A stretch of 28,178 nt of DNA from the NCBI GenBank assembly GCA_033549025.1, contig JAWSUS010000032.1:1-28178 (forward strand), read 5' to 3'. Below are positions 26,753 to 28,178 of this stretch, in pieces. Origin of the DNA: Desulfuromonadales bacterium (GTDB lineage: Bacteria; Desulfobacterota; Desulfuromonadia; Desulfuromonadales; SZUA-540). A program made the position numbers and the translations under genes. The notes below the pieces were generated by a model that worked only from the letters and a program-made list of their open reading frames with translations, was not told the origin of the DNA and searched no databases. The stretch's first letter is position 1; each line of letters begins with the position of its first letter.

Positions 26753-28144
26753 ATGCAATTAAATAAAAGTCTGCTTCAGGATTTCTACGAATACAAGGCT
26801 GAGACAAATGAGTTAAAGAGTTGTTGGAATGCCCTTGGTTTATATAATTCAATGCAATTTGTCTTGAGGCTTCGCCCAGACATTCATAGGCTTATAGATG
26901 GCCTACCCAATGGCATTGTCACTTCAGGTGAAATAGATTTTGAATCAATTCAAGCATACTCTACCTTTCTCCACGAGACGATACACTGGTGGCAGCACTC
27001 TGGCTCAACAATAGGCTTACTGTCAAGTCTTACATATCCAGTACAGACACATAAAATTTCAGAAAACCTGAAGAAATATTTAGAAATTACTGGCCCCAAA
27101 AAACCGATAACAAATTACAACTTTAACAACGCAAAAGATTTTCTTCCTGCTGACCAGGAATTTAAGGAAATAAATCAAATTTTAAATGATTTTTTCGATA
27201 TCGAATTTTTCAAAGAAATCATAACATTTCCTAAAAGTACAAAAGAAATCGCAGACAATCCTCTTTTCGAGTGCATTGGGCACTCTTGCCACATAACTTA
27301 TGCTTCAATTCTAAGAGAACTTTCGGCAATCTTCGATGAAGAACTTGAATTTCTTCCTGATGTCACTAGGTGGAATTCCGGCTTTAAAAAACTAACTGAC
27401 GACAAGGCTATAGGGTATCATCATGGCTCGCCTATTTATTTGCCACCTGTGGGCACGAGAGAAATCTTTGAAGGTCAAGCAAGATTTAATCAAATCCAAT
27501 TTTTATACTTTTCCTCTGGAAAATCCTTAGAATGGGGTGATTTTGAAGATCTTGGAATGCTTAACGGTGTTTACGTAGAAGCCTTTAATGTTTTTTTAAA
27601 AACCATAAAAAAAGACCGACCTCCCACAATCGAAGACCCTATAGTGGGTCTTTTTTTGATAATTTGTGATATTTCAATAAATCCAACTGATGGATTTCCT
27701 TTTGATATTTTCCACTTTGATTCGTTTGTTATGTCTGTTGATCCAGGAACTAGATTTTATATGATGTGTGAACTTATAAGAGACAAGTTCCAGGATTTAA
27801 CGGTCGCCGTCCAGGAATATTTAGCTTCCGAATACTATTATATTACTAAATTGCTATGCGATGAACTTGTATGCCACACGCCTCTAGAGGCCGCAAGTCT
27901 CTTAGTCAAATGGTCAGAAAAATCAGAAAAATTACAACAACTAATGCAGGAAGATGAAACATTCAAGTTTTCTGATGTCAACCTCCCTATACGCGTACTG
28001 ATTTCTCGATTTATTAAGTTTAATATAGACAAATTGAAGCGCCCCGAATTTTTTTGCTGGCCCGGTGTTTGGTCGACTGGCGATCGATGTTCTAGTGATA
28101 TTAGAGCCGGCTCCAGAAATTTGAACAGCGGTATAAGTGGATAA
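26753..28144 (+). CDS. Hypothetical low-GC protein with HExxH motif; probable gene cassette, C-terminus possibly IS-derived
   Basis: 463 aa, AT-rich; FLHETIHWWQH at residues ~72-82 and EIFEGQARF near residue 240. Confidence 0.75.
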   Translation: MQLNKSLLQDFYEYKAETNELKSCWNALGLYNSMQFVLRLRPDIHRLIDGLPNGIVTSGEIDFESIQAYSTFLHETIHWWQHSGSTIGLLSSLTYPVQTHKISENLKKYLEITGPKKPITNYNFNNAKDFLPADQEFKEINQILNDFFDIEFFKEIITFPKSTKEIADNPLFECIGHSCHITYASILRELSAIFDEELEFLPDVTRWNSGFKKLTDDKAIGYHHGSPIYLPPVGTREIFEGQARFNQIQFLYFSSGKSLEWGDFEDLGMLNGVYVEAFNVFLKTIKKDRPPTIEDPIVGLFLIICDISINPTDGFPFDIFHFDSFVMSVDPGTRFYMMCELIRDKFQDLTVAVQEYLASEYYYITKLLCDELVCHTPLEAASLLVKWSEKSEKLQQLMQEDETFKFSDVNLPIRVLISRFIKFNIDKLKRPEFFCWPGVWSTGDRCSSDIRAGSRNLNSGISG

Positions 28145-28178
28145 GCCTTCCTACTTCAGGCATAGTGATGCCAGAAAA
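28104..28178. mobile_element. Possible IS end (IS630/IS5-like, TA target) at the window edge
   Basis: TA|GAGCCGGCTCCAGAAATTTGAACAGC resembles IS630/IS5-type termini. Composition changes here and the window ends about 75 bp later, mirroring the IS end at the left edge. Confidence 0.4.

Overview
This is a GC-rich chromosomal segment, probably from a Desulfuromonas/Geobacter-like (Desulfuromonadales) bacterium judging by gene content. Most of it is housekeeping or accessory genes: succinyl-CoA:acetate CoA-transferase, bamD, rpoH with a CIRCE operator, a crcB-DUF190-TerB-methyltransferase operon, OmpA, a long minus-strand run of small genes (udp-like, cdd, msrA, yajD, mscL, yciH, arfB and others), an MCP, an HD-GYP phosphodiesterase, a DUF6178-like protein and two radical SAM enzymes. 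Five things stand out. (1) A GEMM-I cyclic-dinucleotide riboswitch has an atypical C at the G20/A20 specificity position and an apparent OFF-type terminator platform in front of the HD-GYP gene. (2) An AT-rich, integron-like cassette array without a visible integrase sits at the right end: an attI-like site, an HNH cassette, an attC broken by an IS481 remnant, and an HExxH protein cassette probably cut by another IS. (3) A second IS481 end at the left edge truncates a YdjC/ChbG deacetylase gene that the ORF track missed. (4) A perfect 38-bp palindrome lies upstream of the acetate CoA-transferase gene. (5) Several smaller palindromic or REP-like elements occur. All family calls come from motif recognition by eye, not database searches.
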